Source of the DNA: Flavobacteriales bacterium
GTDB lineage: Bacteria; Bacteroidota; Bacteroidia; CAIKAF01
Length of the DNA: 64,000 nt
Assembly: GCA_022402535.1 (NCBI GenBank)
Contig: JAKRSD010000020.1
Span: forward strand, 221,341 to 285,340
Direction: 5' to 3'
The notes beneath the pieces were generated by a model that worked only from the letters and a program-made list of their open reading frames with translations, had not been told where the DNA came from and searched no databases. Every line of letters starts with the position of its first letter. Positions within the stretch are counted from its first letter, which is position 1. Shown here piece after piece: positions 49,255 to 59,563 of the stretch. Made by a program: the position numbers and the translations under genes.

Positions 49255-51051
49255 TTATACAGAATTTACCATGTCTGATAAATCGGTTTCAGCATCTAAA
49301 TTGAGTTTTTTCTTCAGTCTGTTACCCGTCTTTCTTACAGAATCGGGTGAAATCCCGAGCATATTGGCAATTTCTTTGTAGGATAAATCCATTCTAAGTA
49401 ATGCTAGTAAACGGGTTTCGGCTAGAGTAAGATCGGGATATTTCGTTTTTAACCGCGCGAAAAAATCAACATGGACTTTATCAAACAGTCTTTTAAAGTT
49501 TATCCAGTCGTCCTCTGTCAATATGGTAGATTTATATAATTTCTCTCTTTCGGCCTGAATTTCGGGAGAAGGAACCTGACCGGCGAGTTTTTTTAATTTT
49601 TCGGTTTCCTCTTTAAAGCGCTCGATTGCCTTATTTTTTTCGCGAATCGTATCTAAATAGCGTTGTAGAGATTCTTGTGACAAACGGAGTTCACTTTCTG
49701 CTTTTTGTTTTTCAATGGTAAAAATTTTTTTATCCTGACGGCGCTTAAGCCTTACTCTGTTTAGCATAAAGTATAAAACCACCACTGAAAAAACGGCCCA
49801 GACCAGCCCTGCATTTCGGGTAAATCTATCCCGCTTCCTTTTAATTTCGAGCCATTCGATATGATTTAGAAAGCGTTCAGACTGCACCCGTATTTCAGAC
49901 GCTTTAAGGTGCTCCCTGTTTTTCTCCTGAAAAACCAATTCTTTATAATAAAGTACAGAATCTGTGTACATTACCGCATTTTCAAAATTTTTATTTTTCC
50001 TTGCAAATGCTGATTGTAAGGTATAATATTTAACATACAGCTTGTTTGAGCCGTATTCCTTCAAATAAATGCTGAGTTCATCCATTTTTTGCCTAGCGGC
50101 CATAATGCTATCCTGATAAAAATTGATTTCGGCCAACGTAACCAATGCATTGGCCATACTTAAATATTCTTTCTTGTTCTTACTCTGATAATAATCTTCA
50201 TACATGAGTTTTTGGGCCGATAATGTGTCTCCCTGTTCCAAAATTACCATAGCCATGTTACCACTTACCAGGCCCGTCCAAAATGCATCGCCATGTTTTC
50301 GTGCTTTATCCATGGCAATTTTGTATGATTTTATTGACGCTTCAATTTGACCCTTTCTATAGAAAAGAAGCCCAAAGGTATTGTACGTGCTTATTTCTTC
50401 CAGAGAATTTATAAACGGGAAATTTAAGGAATACAAAAGCACGGAAAGTGCTTTATCAAATTCTCCGTAATCCATATAAATTACAGCTAATTTGGACAAT
50501 CTTGACTGAAAATGCGGAACATTATAATGTCCAAGCGTTTCATAGTGTGAAAATGCGTTGAATAAATTCTCAAATGCTGAATTGTAATCTGAACCGGTTT
50601 CGTAATATTTAATAGCAAGTTTGAAATTCAAGTCCGCAGCATCAACAATTAACGCGTTTTGTTCTGCAATCAGGATTGCTCTTTTAAGATTGTTGTTCAC
50701 CGAGTCTTTACTATGCAACTGCACTTCTTGCCAATGAGAATGGTATCGGTAATACTGTACAAGCAAACAGGGGTCGTTAACTTTTTTTGAAAATGTATAG
50801 AGTTTCTGTATTTCTTCAGAAGCGGCTTCGGAGTTAAAATTAAATGAATCAAACTGCTTTTTTATTTGCTGGCATCTCTCATTTTCAGAATAGGTAAAAA
50901 GAATATCAAAGGGCTGATTATTTTGCGTTTGTGAAAATAACGGATTAAAGAAAACTTGACAGCACAAGAAAAGCACAATCAAGAATGAGTGTAATAAAAA
51001 CGATACGTCAGAAAACGTTCGTTTCCGAAATACGGCAAAATGAATATGCAT
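49255..51051 (-). CDS. Periplasmic TPR sensor - TM - LuxR-type HTH one-component regulator
   Basis: N-terminal hydrophobic segment, TPR repeats (YNTFGLLFYRKGQIEASI), TM, coiled coil, LTLAETRLLALLRMDLSYKEIANMLGISPDSVRKTGNRLKKKL. Confidence 0.85.
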   Translation of the reverse strand: MHIHFAVFRKRTFSDVSFLLHSFLIVLFLCCQVFFNPLFSQTQNNQPFDILFTYSENERCQQIKKQFDSFNFNSEAASEEIQKLYTFSKKVNDPCLLVQYYRYHSHWQEVQLHSKDSVNNNLKRAILIAEQNALIVDAADLNFKLAIKYYETGSDYNSAFENLFNAFSHYETLGHYNVPHFQSRLSKLAVIYMDYGEFDKALSVLLYSLNFPFINSLEEISTYNTFGLLFYRKGQIEASIKSYKIAMDKARKHGDAFWTGLVSGNMAMVILEQGDTLSAQKLMYEDYYQSKNKKEYLSMANALVTLAEINFYQDSIMAARQKMDELSIYLKEYGSNKLYVKYYTLQSAFARKNKNFENAVMYTDSVLYYKELVFQEKNREHLKASEIRVQSERFLNHIEWLEIKRKRDRFTRNAGLVWAVFSVVVLYFMLNRVRLKRRQDKKIFTIEKQKAESELRLSQESLQRYLDTIREKNKAIERFKEETEKLKKLAGQVPSPEIQAEREKLYKSTILTEDDWINFKRLFDKVHVDFFARLKTKYPDLTLAETRLLALLRMDLSYKEIANMLGISPDSVRKTGNRLKKKLNLDAETDLSDMVNSV

Positions 51052-51105
51052 TTAAGAGTAAAGGTTACCCAAATATACTATTCTTTCGCCAAAACCTAAA
51101 CCGAT

Positions 51106-53337
51106 TTATCTTGCAACTGTAATAATACCCTTTTCGGTGATTGACTTTGGGTCATTATTCCCGGGCTTATAGGCATATGTGAATACAAAAAAGTATGTTC
51201 CGTCGGGTGAATTTCCAAATAATGATTTTCCTGTCCAAGGCTGGTCTAAAGCATTTCCTTTAAACACAACATTACCCCAACGATTGTAGATAATAAGATT
51301 AAACTCCGTTATCTCACAATCTTGTGGATTTTGAATCTGAAATACATCATTAACATTATCCCCATTAGGCGTAAACACATTAGGTATAATAAGTTCACAA
51401 TCACAATTTTCCAACACTTCAACTTCTACCTGCAGCGTGTCTGAATTACAAAAATCGGTAAATGCAAACACGGTAAAAAATTCAGATTGTGAAGAAAACG
51501 AACTGTAGGTAGCGCCTATGTATGCACCCTGATTCCAATTAATATTGGTTCCCTGTGTTGTGGTTTCAGCCGTAAGAGTGGCTTCTTCGCCTTTGCAAAT
51601 TGTAACTTTTTCGGGAGCACTGATAGTAGGAACAGAATCCACGGTAACTTGGAAAAACGCTGTATCGGAAGAGCATCCATCTAATTCAATGATCAGCCCA
51701 TATTCCTGATTCTGGGAAGGAGAAACCGTTATCTGGGTTGATGTCTGTAAAGCAGGCAACCAAGTATAATCACCGTTAGCCAGTGAGTTATTTCCGGTAA
51801 GCACAACTGAATCACCGGCACAGATCCGATTTTCACCATCAATTTCAGCAACAGGCCTTGGTTTCACCACTAACAAAACCGAATCGGGCAAGGAATTACA
51901 GCCTTCGGGCGATTGGGCTGTTACTGAATACCACTGGGAAGTGGTTCCACTCACGATAATTTGGTTTCCGGTTTGATTTCCGGGCTGCCAGGTGAATACA
52001 GAGTTAGGTATTGAAGACTGGGCCGTGAGTTGTGCTAAATCGCCACTACACACATCAGATGGACCTTGTGCGGTAACAGACGGTACTGAATTTACGATGA
52101 TATTCTGTATTGTCGGCGTAGAAAAACAGCCAAACTGTGCAACCGATAAACTCACCTGATATGATCCGGGATTGGGCCAGGCAACCGTAAAAGGACCTTG
52201 GCCAGGAACAGTGCCCGACAGAATATTAGCCCCATTAAAATTCCAGGTGTATGCAGCTCCGGGAGGCATATTGCCTGTATAATTCACCGAGAGGGTTTCA
52301 CCTAAACATAAACTGGTATCAGAAACTGAAAAGTTAGAAAATGGTTGTGGATTTACGGTTACCACCACTTGGTCTGAACTATTACAGGCCGAAGGATTGG
52401 CGGCTAATGAAGTCGTTACCGTGTAGGTAATTTGCTGAGGTAGTCCTCCCGTATTGGTTAAGGTAACCGTTGGATTGGCAATGGTAGAATCACTCAGCCC
52501 GGTTGTAGGAGACCAACTGTAAATAAAATTAGGATTGGGGGTTGTACCTAGCTGGGCCGTGCCTCCACTACAGAATGAAACATTGGCCCCCGCATTACTT
52601 GGAGGAACGGGAGTGAAAATTGTAACATTCCGAAGCGAGTGTCTGTCATTACTTCCTCCTGTACTTGCCGTAAAGCCCATATAACCGGAAAAGTTCACCG
52701 GGAAATTAGCGTTCAGCCAAGGAGTACCATTTACAATCACCTGTATAATCCCGTTGTTATAAATAATCTGCGCAGAGTTGTACGCATTGGAGCGGATAAA
52801 ATTCAAATTTCCTCCTGCGTTATTCACTTTCACAACATTAAAATTGGGCTGTGGACATTCGTTATAACCAATGCCATAACCAATCTGAATTTCGGGGTTT
52901 GCCCCGCATCCGTTGTCAAACGTATCAAACACCACTTTCAATCCGTTGGCCGTTGCCGGAATTCCTACACCCCCTCCACCGACAAACCCGGCAGGCGGAA
53001 CATCCAGAAAACAGAATGCAATACCATCTGCCCCTGTTCCGTCAAAAATCCGGAACTCAAAATTCACAATCCACTCGGTACAGATACTTAAATCTATGGG
53101 TTGATTGAAAAAAACGCCGCCGCTTTGTGTATTAGATGGGCCAGTTAGAACCAATTCGTTGTTAAAATTATCGACATCACCTGGCGTATCACCAATGGCG
53201 GCATTTCCTGTTAAATTCCAACCGGTGGTAATCATCGTAGGTTGACCCTGCAGTTCGGCAAATACGAAAGATTGCCCATAGACCTGAGCGTTTAAACCAA
53301 CTAAAATCAGCGCTAAGAGTATTTTGAATAACTTCAT
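51106..53337 (-). CDS. L-type lectin + PKD/Ig-like surface protein with T9SS type B (gliding-associated) CTD
   Basis: GADGIAF, VVFDTF, YMGFTASTGG lectin motifs; IPNVFTPNGDNVND, IYNRWG, DGTYF. Confidence 0.88.
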   Translation of the reverse strand: MKLFKILLALILVGLNAQVYGQSFVFAELQGQPTMITTGWNLTGNAAIGDTPGDVDNFNNELVLTGPSNTQSGGVFFNQPIDLSICTEWIVNFEFRIFDGTGADGIAFCFLDVPPAGFVGGGGVGIPATANGLKVVFDTFDNGCGANPEIQIGYGIGYNECPQPNFNVVKVNNAGGNLNFIRSNAYNSAQIIYNNGIIQVIVNGTPWLNANFPVNFSGYMGFTASTGGSNDRHSLRNVTIFTPVPPSNAGANVSFCSGGTAQLGTTPNPNFIYSWSPTTGLSDSTIANPTVTLTNTGGLPQQITYTVTTSLAANPSACNSSDQVVVTVNPQPFSNFSVSDTSLCLGETLSVNYTGNMPPGAAYTWNFNGANILSGTVPGQGPFTVAWPNPGSYQVSLSVAQFGCFSTPTIQNIIVNSVPSVTAQGPSDVCSGDLAQLTAQSSIPNSVFTWQPGNQTGNQIIVSGTTSQWYSVTAQSPEGCNSLPDSVLLVVKPRPVAEIDGENRICAGDSVVLTGNNSLANGDYTWLPALQTSTQITVSPSQNQEYGLIIELDGCSSDTAFFQVTVDSVPTISAPEKVTICKGEEATLTAETTTQGTNINWNQGAYIGATYSSFSSQSEFFTVFAFTDFCNSDTLQVEVEVLENCDCELIIPNVFTPNGDNVNDVFQIQNPQDCEITEFNLIIYNRWGNVVFKGNALDQPWTGKSLFGNSPDGTYFFVFTYAYKPGNNDPKSITEKGIITVAR

Positions 53338-53451
53338 GAACTTGGTAAAATGGAAAAACATTTCGCCAAATTTAAGATATTTTAATAACTACCGGTAGAT
53401 AAAGTTTAATTTGCGTAACCGGTTAAAACAGTCCAAATTATGACTTTTAGA

Positions 53452-55533
53452 CTATTTCTTACTCACCTTTTGGGTTTTAAGGTATTGAATATAGTCTACA
53501 AAAATGCGCTGGCTTTCCTCTTTAAAAAAGTCATACTCCTTTTCGTCCTTGGGTTTATCTTCCAATTTTTCAATGGCTGATAAGCCCATTAACACTCTTC
53601 TCTTATTATAACGTTCCAACTCAATTTTTCGATCGTTTTCCCTTTCTGCTTTCAGTTTTTCTTCATTCAACGGAACGGTCTTTTCGCTTCTTTTGCTGCT
53701 GAATTCTGCAATATCATCCAGCATGAATTTATATTCTTCGCTGGTCTTCATCCGAGATTCATGCAAATTTTTCAGGTATTGCTTCACTGAAGATAAATCG
53801 GCCAATGGAATAAAGGGTGCCGGGTTTATTTTATCCCAGGGTAATGCCGTTTTTTGGGCACTTTCTCCAAAGTCTTCGGCAGAATACATTTCCGGGAAGG
53901 CTATATCCGGTTCAACGCCTTTGTGTTGTGTACTGCTCCCTGTGACACGGTAAAACTTAGCGATGGTAAGTTTAAGCTGCCCTAATTTAGCCTGCTCCCT
54001 TGGCAACAGGCGATTAATATCAAGTAGGTTTTGAACGGTGCCTTTACCATAAGTGGTATTCCCTACAACAACCCCGCGGCCGTAATCTTGTATGGCCCCC
54101 GCAAAAATTTCAGAGGCTGAAGCGCTGAAACGATCTATCATCACCATAAACGGACCACCATAAACAACGCCCGGTTCGTCCCGCTTAATTTCTACTTTAC
54201 CATTGGCATCACGAACCTGAACCACAGGTCCGTTATCAATAAACAGTCCGGTTAGTTCGATGGCTTCAAATAATGACCCTCCTCCATTGCTTCTGAGGTC
54301 CATAATGACACCGTCTAAATTCTCTTTTTGAAACGCTTTTAAAATTTTGGTTACATCGGAAGTGGTGCTTTTGTAGTCTTTTTCACCCCGTTGCATGGCT
54401 TCATAATCCAGATAAAATGAAGGTAAATCAATCACCCCGATTTTATATGTTTTGCCGCCTTCTTTTATTTGAATGACTTCGCTTTTGGCCGATTGTTCCT
54501 CAAGCTTCACTTTGTCTCTGACGATTTTAATTATCTTGGTAGGCCCGCCGGTTGGCGCTTCTGCCGGTAAAATTTCTAAACGAACGGTAGTTCCTTTAGG
54601 TCCACGAATTTTAGAAACCACATCATCTATTCTCCATCCGATTACGTCTTCCATTTCGCCGGATTCGCCTTGGCCAACAGCCACAATCCGGTCTTCTTTA
54701 AACACGAGTTTACTTTTGTCTGCCGGACCGCCTTTAACCACTTCCACAATTTTGGTGTATTCACCGTCAGTACGTAACGTAGCGCCAATTCCTTCGAGCG
54801 AATTACTCATGGAAATTTTAAATGACTCGGCTGTTTTGGGCGAAAAATAAGAGGTATGGGGCTCAACCGCTTCAGTGAGTGAGTTCATATATAGTTGAAA
54901 AACATCTTCACTGCGCTGTTTTTCCATCTGTGTTCTGAAATTCGTATACCGTTTGGTTATCGTTTCTTCCGATTGTTTTTCTTCTTTTCCGGCAAGTTTA
55001 AGATTAAGCGTTTCGTAACGGATTTTTTTATCCCAATACGCATTTAAATCCTCTTTGGAAGAAAACCAGTCCTCTTCGCGGCGGTCAAAAACATATACAT
55101 CCTCTTCTGAAACTTTTGAGGGTTTGTCGGCAATGCTTAACACATAATCTACCCGTTCGTCCATCCGTTCCGTGTAAAGGTTGTACACATCAAAAGCAAA
55201 TGACACATCCCCTTCTTTTAATTTGTTATCCAGCTCAAAACGAAGGGGCTCAAAACGCTGAACGTCTGATTTATAGAAATATATTTTATTGCCATCCAGC
55301 GATTCAAAGTACATATCAAAAACCCGTGACGACAGATCATCATCAAAAACCTGCTCTTTGTAGTGATAGAAACGCAATGCATTTACCACCTCCTTGGCTA
55401 CCTTGCTATGCTCGGGGAGCGGCTCAAGCTTGGGAAGCGTGCTTTCGGACTTACCGGTAAATAATATACCAACTGCCGACACGGCAGCAAAAACATAAAG
55501 GACGATGAGGGTATTTTTAATCATGGATAACAT
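53452..55533 (-). CDS. prc: Carboxy-terminal processing (tail-specific) protease, S41A
   Basis: LEGIGA PDZ, DLRSNGGG, SASASEIFAGAIQDYGRG, GKGTVQ; start 55524-55584 uncertain. Confidence 0.93.
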   Translation of the reverse strand: MLSMIKNTLIVLYVFAAVSAVGILFTGKSESTLPKLEPLPEHSKVAKEVVNALRFYHYKEQVFDDDLSSRVFDMYFESLDGNKIYFYKSDVQRFEPLRFELDNKLKEGDVSFAFDVYNLYTERMDERVDYVLSIADKPSKVSEEDVYVFDRREEDWFSSKEDLNAYWDKKIRYETLNLKLAGKEEKQSEETITKRYTNFRTQMEKQRSEDVFQLYMNSLTEAVEPHTSYFSPKTAESFKISMSNSLEGIGATLRTDGEYTKIVEVVKGGPADKSKLVFKEDRIVAVGQGESGEMEDVIGWRIDDVVSKIRGPKGTTVRLEILPAEAPTGGPTKIIKIVRDKVKLEEQSAKSEVIQIKEGGKTYKIGVIDLPSFYLDYEAMQRGEKDYKSTTSDVTKILKAFQKENLDGVIMDLRSNGGGSLFEAIELTGLFIDNGPVVQVRDANGKVEIKRDEPGVVYGGPFMVMIDRFSASASEIFAGAIQDYGRGVVVGNTTYGKGTVQNLLDINRLLPREQAKLGQLKLTIAKFYRVTGSSTQHKGVEPDIAFPEMYSAEDFGESAQKTALPWDKINPAPFIPLADLSSVKQYLKNLHESRMKTSEEYKFMLDDIAEFSSKRSEKTVPLNEEKLKAERENDRKIELERYNKRRVLMGLSAIEKLEDKPKDEKEYDFFKEESQRIFVDYIQYLKTQKVSKK

Positions 55534-55695
55534 TCTTGGAAAGTAAGAACGTAAAAGTGGTAAAATGTTTACAAAAGATTTCAAAAAGTAGCCCTTTTAT
55601 GGTTTTTTTAACGACCAATTCGCAAATACAGAAGAATTCAAAAAGGAAAATCACATCTATTGTACCAGAAAACGATACCTTTCGCAGCTAATAGT

Positions 55696-57285
55696 ATGTC
55701 AGAACTTTTACGTGTAACCGATTTTTCGCTCGAAGTGGGAAACTCACGGCCTGTGGACGGAATTTCCTTTACCTTGAAACAAGGTGAGAAAGTATGCCTT
55801 ATCGGAGAATCGGGTTCAGGAAAAACACTAACGGCCTTGTCATTATTGGGCCTACAACCAGGAAAAATCATTAGTGGCGATGCCGTATTCAACACGCCCG
55901 AGGGTACTAACGTTTCATTATTTAAAAGTCCGCAAAAAAAATTACACGCATTGCGAGGTAAACATATCGGCTATGTTTTTCAGGAACCGGGGTTGAGTTT
56001 AAATCCCTCATTGAAAGTAGGCAAACAAATTGCCGAAACAGTAAAAACACACAAGGGGGTTTCAGAAAACGAAGCTTTGGAAGAATCTCAAAAATGGCTT
56101 GAAAAAGTAGGATTTACAAACGCTGTAGATATTATCAAACGATATCCTCACGAACTTTCGGGCGGACAAAAACAGCGCATCATGCTCATTTTAGCCATGG
56201 CTCCTGAACCTGAACTATTAATTGCCGATGAACCCACCTCTTCGTTGGATGTGATTGCACAAAAACAAATCACGGATCTGATACAAAAACTCTGTGAAGA
56301 GAAAAACACCGCTCTTCTTTTCATTACTCACGATATCCAAGCTGCCATACGCCTTGGCGATAAAATATGGGTTATGAAGCAAGGAAAAATATCGGAAACA
56401 CTGGAAAAACCATTCCTTTTTTCGGGACTCCAAAATTATGAGTCTGAAAGGCTTTATAAATCTATTATTTCGCTGGGTGAATGCGTCAAAACACCTCAAA
56501 AAGAAGAAATTGAAAATGAGGTTTTGTCAGTACAAAATGTAAGCCTCACGTATGTATCTCAACCTTTATGGTCGGGCAAATCAGCCCATTATGCGCTTGA
56601 TGAAGTATCCTTCACCTTAAACAAGGGCGAAGTATTGGGTATTGCCGGAGAATCGGGTTCAGGAAAATCTTCGATAGCCAAGGTGCTTACAGGGCTTGCA
56701 AAGCCTCGGACTGGGAATATTTTTGTTTCCGGAAAAAGCCTTTATGACCCTTTTGGTGAAATCGATGTAAACAGCCGCAACAAAATCCGCATGGTTTTTC
56801 AGGATCCGTTTTCATCGCTCAATCCAAGGATGCCCATCGGAAGGCAAATGGAAGAAAGTATTGTAGCCGCAGGCTTCAAAAAAAAATCAGAAATTGAAGG
56901 CAAAACCCATGTCTGGCTTGAAAAAGTAGGCATTCCCAAGGAATGGAAAACTCGTTTTCCGCATGAATTTTCGGGCGGACAGCGGCAACGGATTGCGATT
57001 GCCCGTGCAATGGCCTGTGAACCTGAAATTTTAATCTGCGATGAATGTGTTTCTTCCTTGGATGTCTCACTTCAGCGGGACATTTTGGACTTAATCCACA
57101 CATTCCGTAGTGAATACGGAGTCAGTATTCTTTTTATCTCCCACGATTTCAGGGCTATATCTTATCTGTGCGATCGGGTAATGATAGTAGAAAAAGGACG
57201 GGTGACGGAGAGCAATACAATCAAAAACATAGTAGAAAACCCCAACAAAGCATACACGAAAGCTATGATTGGGGCTGTGCGCTAG
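55696..57285 (+). CDS. Dual-domain peptide/nickel ABC transporter ATP-binding protein
   Basis: Two GESGSGK Walker A motifs, YPHELSGGQ and FPHEFSGGQ signatures. Confidence 0.92.
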   Translation: MSELLRVTDFSLEVGNSRPVDGISFTLKQGEKVCLIGESGSGKTLTALSLLGLQPGKIISGDAVFNTPEGTNVSLFKSPQKKLHALRGKHIGYVFQEPGLSLNPSLKVGKQIAETVKTHKGVSENEALEESQKWLEKVGFTNAVDIIKRYPHELSGGQKQRIMLILAMAPEPELLIADEPTSSLDVIAQKQITDLIQKLCEEKNTALLFITHDIQAAIRLGDKIWVMKQGKISETLEKPFLFSGLQNYESERLYKSIISLGECVKTPQKEEIENEVLSVQNVSLTYVSQPLWSGKSAHYALDEVSFTLNKGEVLGIAGESGSGKSSIAKVLTGLAKPRTGNIFVSGKSLYDPFGEIDVNSRNKIRMVFQDPFSSLNPRMPIGRQMEESIVAAGFKKKSEIEGKTHVWLEKVGIPKEWKTRFPHEFSGGQRQRIAIARAMACEPEILICDECVSSLDVSLQRDILDLIHTFRSEYGVSILFISHDFRAISYLCDRVMIVEKGRVTESNTIKNIVENPNKAYTKAMIGAVR

Positions 57286-57391
57286 ACCATTAACAATTTT
57301 TATACGGTCGTTAATTTTTTCATAAAGGTTCAAAACAAGGAACCTAACCGGGTACTTTTGCACACGTTCAACTTTTTGAAGAACATTCCAC

Positions 57392-58969
57392 ATGCTGAAA
57401 AAAGGGGCCTTTTTATTGTTGTTTTTTGTCGGATTTCTGAGTCTTTCCGCTCAAAATTCGGCCATTGCCACCTTGGGGAGCGGACTTGAAAAAGCAGAAA
57501 CAGGACTCAACCGAAAAATTGACGAAATCATTAAACTGGGGAAAACCTTTTTGGGCAAACCCTATCGATTTCAAAGCGGTTCATTGCCTTGGGCTTTGGA
57601 TTGCAGCGGATTTGTCTGTTACATTTTCAAAGAAAACGGGTATTCCATTCCAAGGTCTTCCTCAGGCATTGCACCAGCCACTAAAAAAATTCAGCTGAAA
57701 GACATACAGAAAGGCGACCTGATGTTTTTTAAAGGAAGAAACATCAACAGCAACACGGTCGGTCACGTCAGTCTGGTTATTGATGTGGATCCGGTGGACG
57801 GCATCAAAATGATGCATAGCTGTTCGCGGGGCATTATCATTGAAGACTACGAAAAAATAGACTACTACAAGAAACGTTTTCTGATGGCAGGAAGAATTCC
57901 TGAGTTTTCAGAAGAACTGGCCCAAAAAGCGACTTCGCTTGCCCAATCCTCAAAAGTAATCCAGCCTGCGAAAAAGAAAAACGCCATAGCAGATACACTC
58001 TCGATAATCGGTGTGGGCGATATCATGTTGGGCACCAACTACCCCTCTGCTTCTTACCTTCCGCCTAATGACGGAAAAGAGATTTTATCACCCGTTAAAG
58101 ACATTCTTTCTACTGCAGACATTACCTTCGGAAACCTGGAGGGAGTGCTGCTTACTGGCAATGGCCCCGTGAAAAAATGCTCCAACCCTGCCGTTTGTTA
58201 TGCCTTTAAATCGCCCGATCATTATGCGGGTTATTTGAAAGATGCGGGGTTTGATGTGTTGAGCATTGCCAATAACCATGTGGGCGATTTTGGCGATGTG
58301 GGCCGTAAAAACACCGTGAAGGTGCTTAATGAACAACAGATTTATTATGCCGGGTTGCTGGATTTTCCTTACACCACTTTTGAAAAGAACGGAGTAAAAT
58401 ACGGATTTTGTGCCTTTGCACCCAATACAGGAACCGTAAGCATTAATGACATAGAAAATGCCAAAAAAATTGTACAGCATCTGGACAGCATCAGTGATAT
58501 CGTGATTGTTTCTTTTCACGGAGGGGCCGAAGGCGCCGCTAATAGAAATATTACACGCAAAACAGAAACCTATCTGGGCGAAAACCGGGGAAACCCTTAC
58601 GCTTTTTCCAGGGCTGTGATTGATGCCGGCGCTGATATTGTATTCGGACACGGACCGCATGTAACCCGCGCCATCGATATCTACAAAAACCGGATTATTG
58701 CTTACAGCCTGGGGAATTTTGCCACCTATGGCCGGTTTAATCTGAAAGAACAGGCGGGCATTGCCCCCATTCTGAAAGTGAATGTAAATGCCAAAGGCGA
58801 ATTTTTGTCTGGACAGATTTATCCGATTAAACAGGAAGGCGAAGGAGGCCCTGTGTTGGATCCTGACAATAAAGTGATTCAGGAAATTATCAAACTGACC
58901 AAAACCGATATACCGGAAGTAAATCTGATTATTCAGGAAAACGGACTGATCCTGAAGAAGAATCAGTAA
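57392..58969 (+). CDS. NlpC/P60 + CapA (PGA_cap) fusion, secreted
   Basis: LGKPY...LDCSGF...GHV (C40); GDIMLG, GNLEG, ANNH, FHGG, GHGPH, YSLGNF (CapA). Confidence 0.88.
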   Translation: MLKKGAFLLLFFVGFLSLSAQNSAIATLGSGLEKAETGLNRKIDEIIKLGKTFLGKPYRFQSGSLPWALDCSGFVCYIFKENGYSIPRSSSGIAPATKKIQLKDIQKGDLMFFKGRNINSNTVGHVSLVIDVDPVDGIKMMHSCSRGIIIEDYEKIDYYKKRFLMAGRIPEFSEELAQKATSLAQSSKVIQPAKKKNAIADTLSIIGVGDIMLGTNYPSASYLPPNDGKEILSPVKDILSTADITFGNLEGVLLTGNGPVKKCSNPAVCYAFKSPDHYAGYLKDAGFDVLSIANNHVGDFGDVGRKNTVKVLNEQQIYYAGLLDFPYTTFEKNGVKYGFCAFAPNTGTVSINDIENAKKIVQHLDSISDIVIVSFHGGAEGAANRNITRKTETYLGENRGNPYAFSRAVIDAGADIVFGHGPHVTRAIDIYKNRIIAYSLGNFATYGRFNLKEQAGIAPILKVNVNAKGEFLSGQIYPIKQEGEGGPVLDPDNKVIQEIIKLTKTDIPEVNLIIQENGLILKKNQ

Positions 58970-58972
58970 GCG

Positions 58973-59551
58973 CTATAAGCGGGAAACCAAGCCGTTTTCC
59001 AGCCGGTATTGCTGTCCTGATTCGGGACAAACCGCCAACCCTTCTTCATTAAATTCCAGATTATGCCCATATTCGCTCATCCAACCCCTGTGTTTTGATG
59101 GATTTCCGTACACAAGTTCAAAAGGCTTTACATCTTTGGTAACCACCGCCCCGGCACCTATAAAACTATACTCGCCAATGGTGATGCCGCAAACTACGGT
59201 GGCATTGGCCCCTATGCTGGCGCCTTTTTTTACACGGGTGGTTTTATATTCTTCTTTGCGGTTAACGGCGCTTCGTGGATTTATAACATTGGTAAACACC
59301 ATACTCGGACCCAGAAACACATCATCTTCGCAGATTACGCCCGTGTACACTGAAACATTGTTCTGGATTTTTACATTATTCCCAAGGGTAACGCCCGGCG
59401 AAATCACCACATTCTGTCCGATATTACATCTTTCACCAATGGTGCAGTTGGGCATGATATGCGAAAAATGCCAGATTTTGGTACCGGCTCCTATGGTGCA
59501 GCCCTCATCTATATACGAGGATTCATGGGCAAAAAACGGCGGGTTCTCCAT
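58973..59551 (-). CDS. Hexapeptide N-acetyltransferase (WbpD/WlbB-like)
   Basis: GTKIWHFSHI, KIQNNVSVY, GPSMVFTNV, IGANAT. Confidence 0.88.
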   Translation of the reverse strand: MENPPFFAHESSYIDEGCTIGAGTKIWHFSHIMPNCTIGERCNIGQNVVISPGVTLGNNVKIQNNVSVYTGVICEDDVFLGPSMVFTNVINPRSAVNRKEEYKTTRVKKGASIGANATVVCGITIGEYSFIGAGAVVTKDVKPFELVYGNPSKHRGWMSEYGHNLEFNEEGLAVCPESGQQYRLENGLVSRL

Positions 59552-59563
59552 ATTCTTAGGGAT

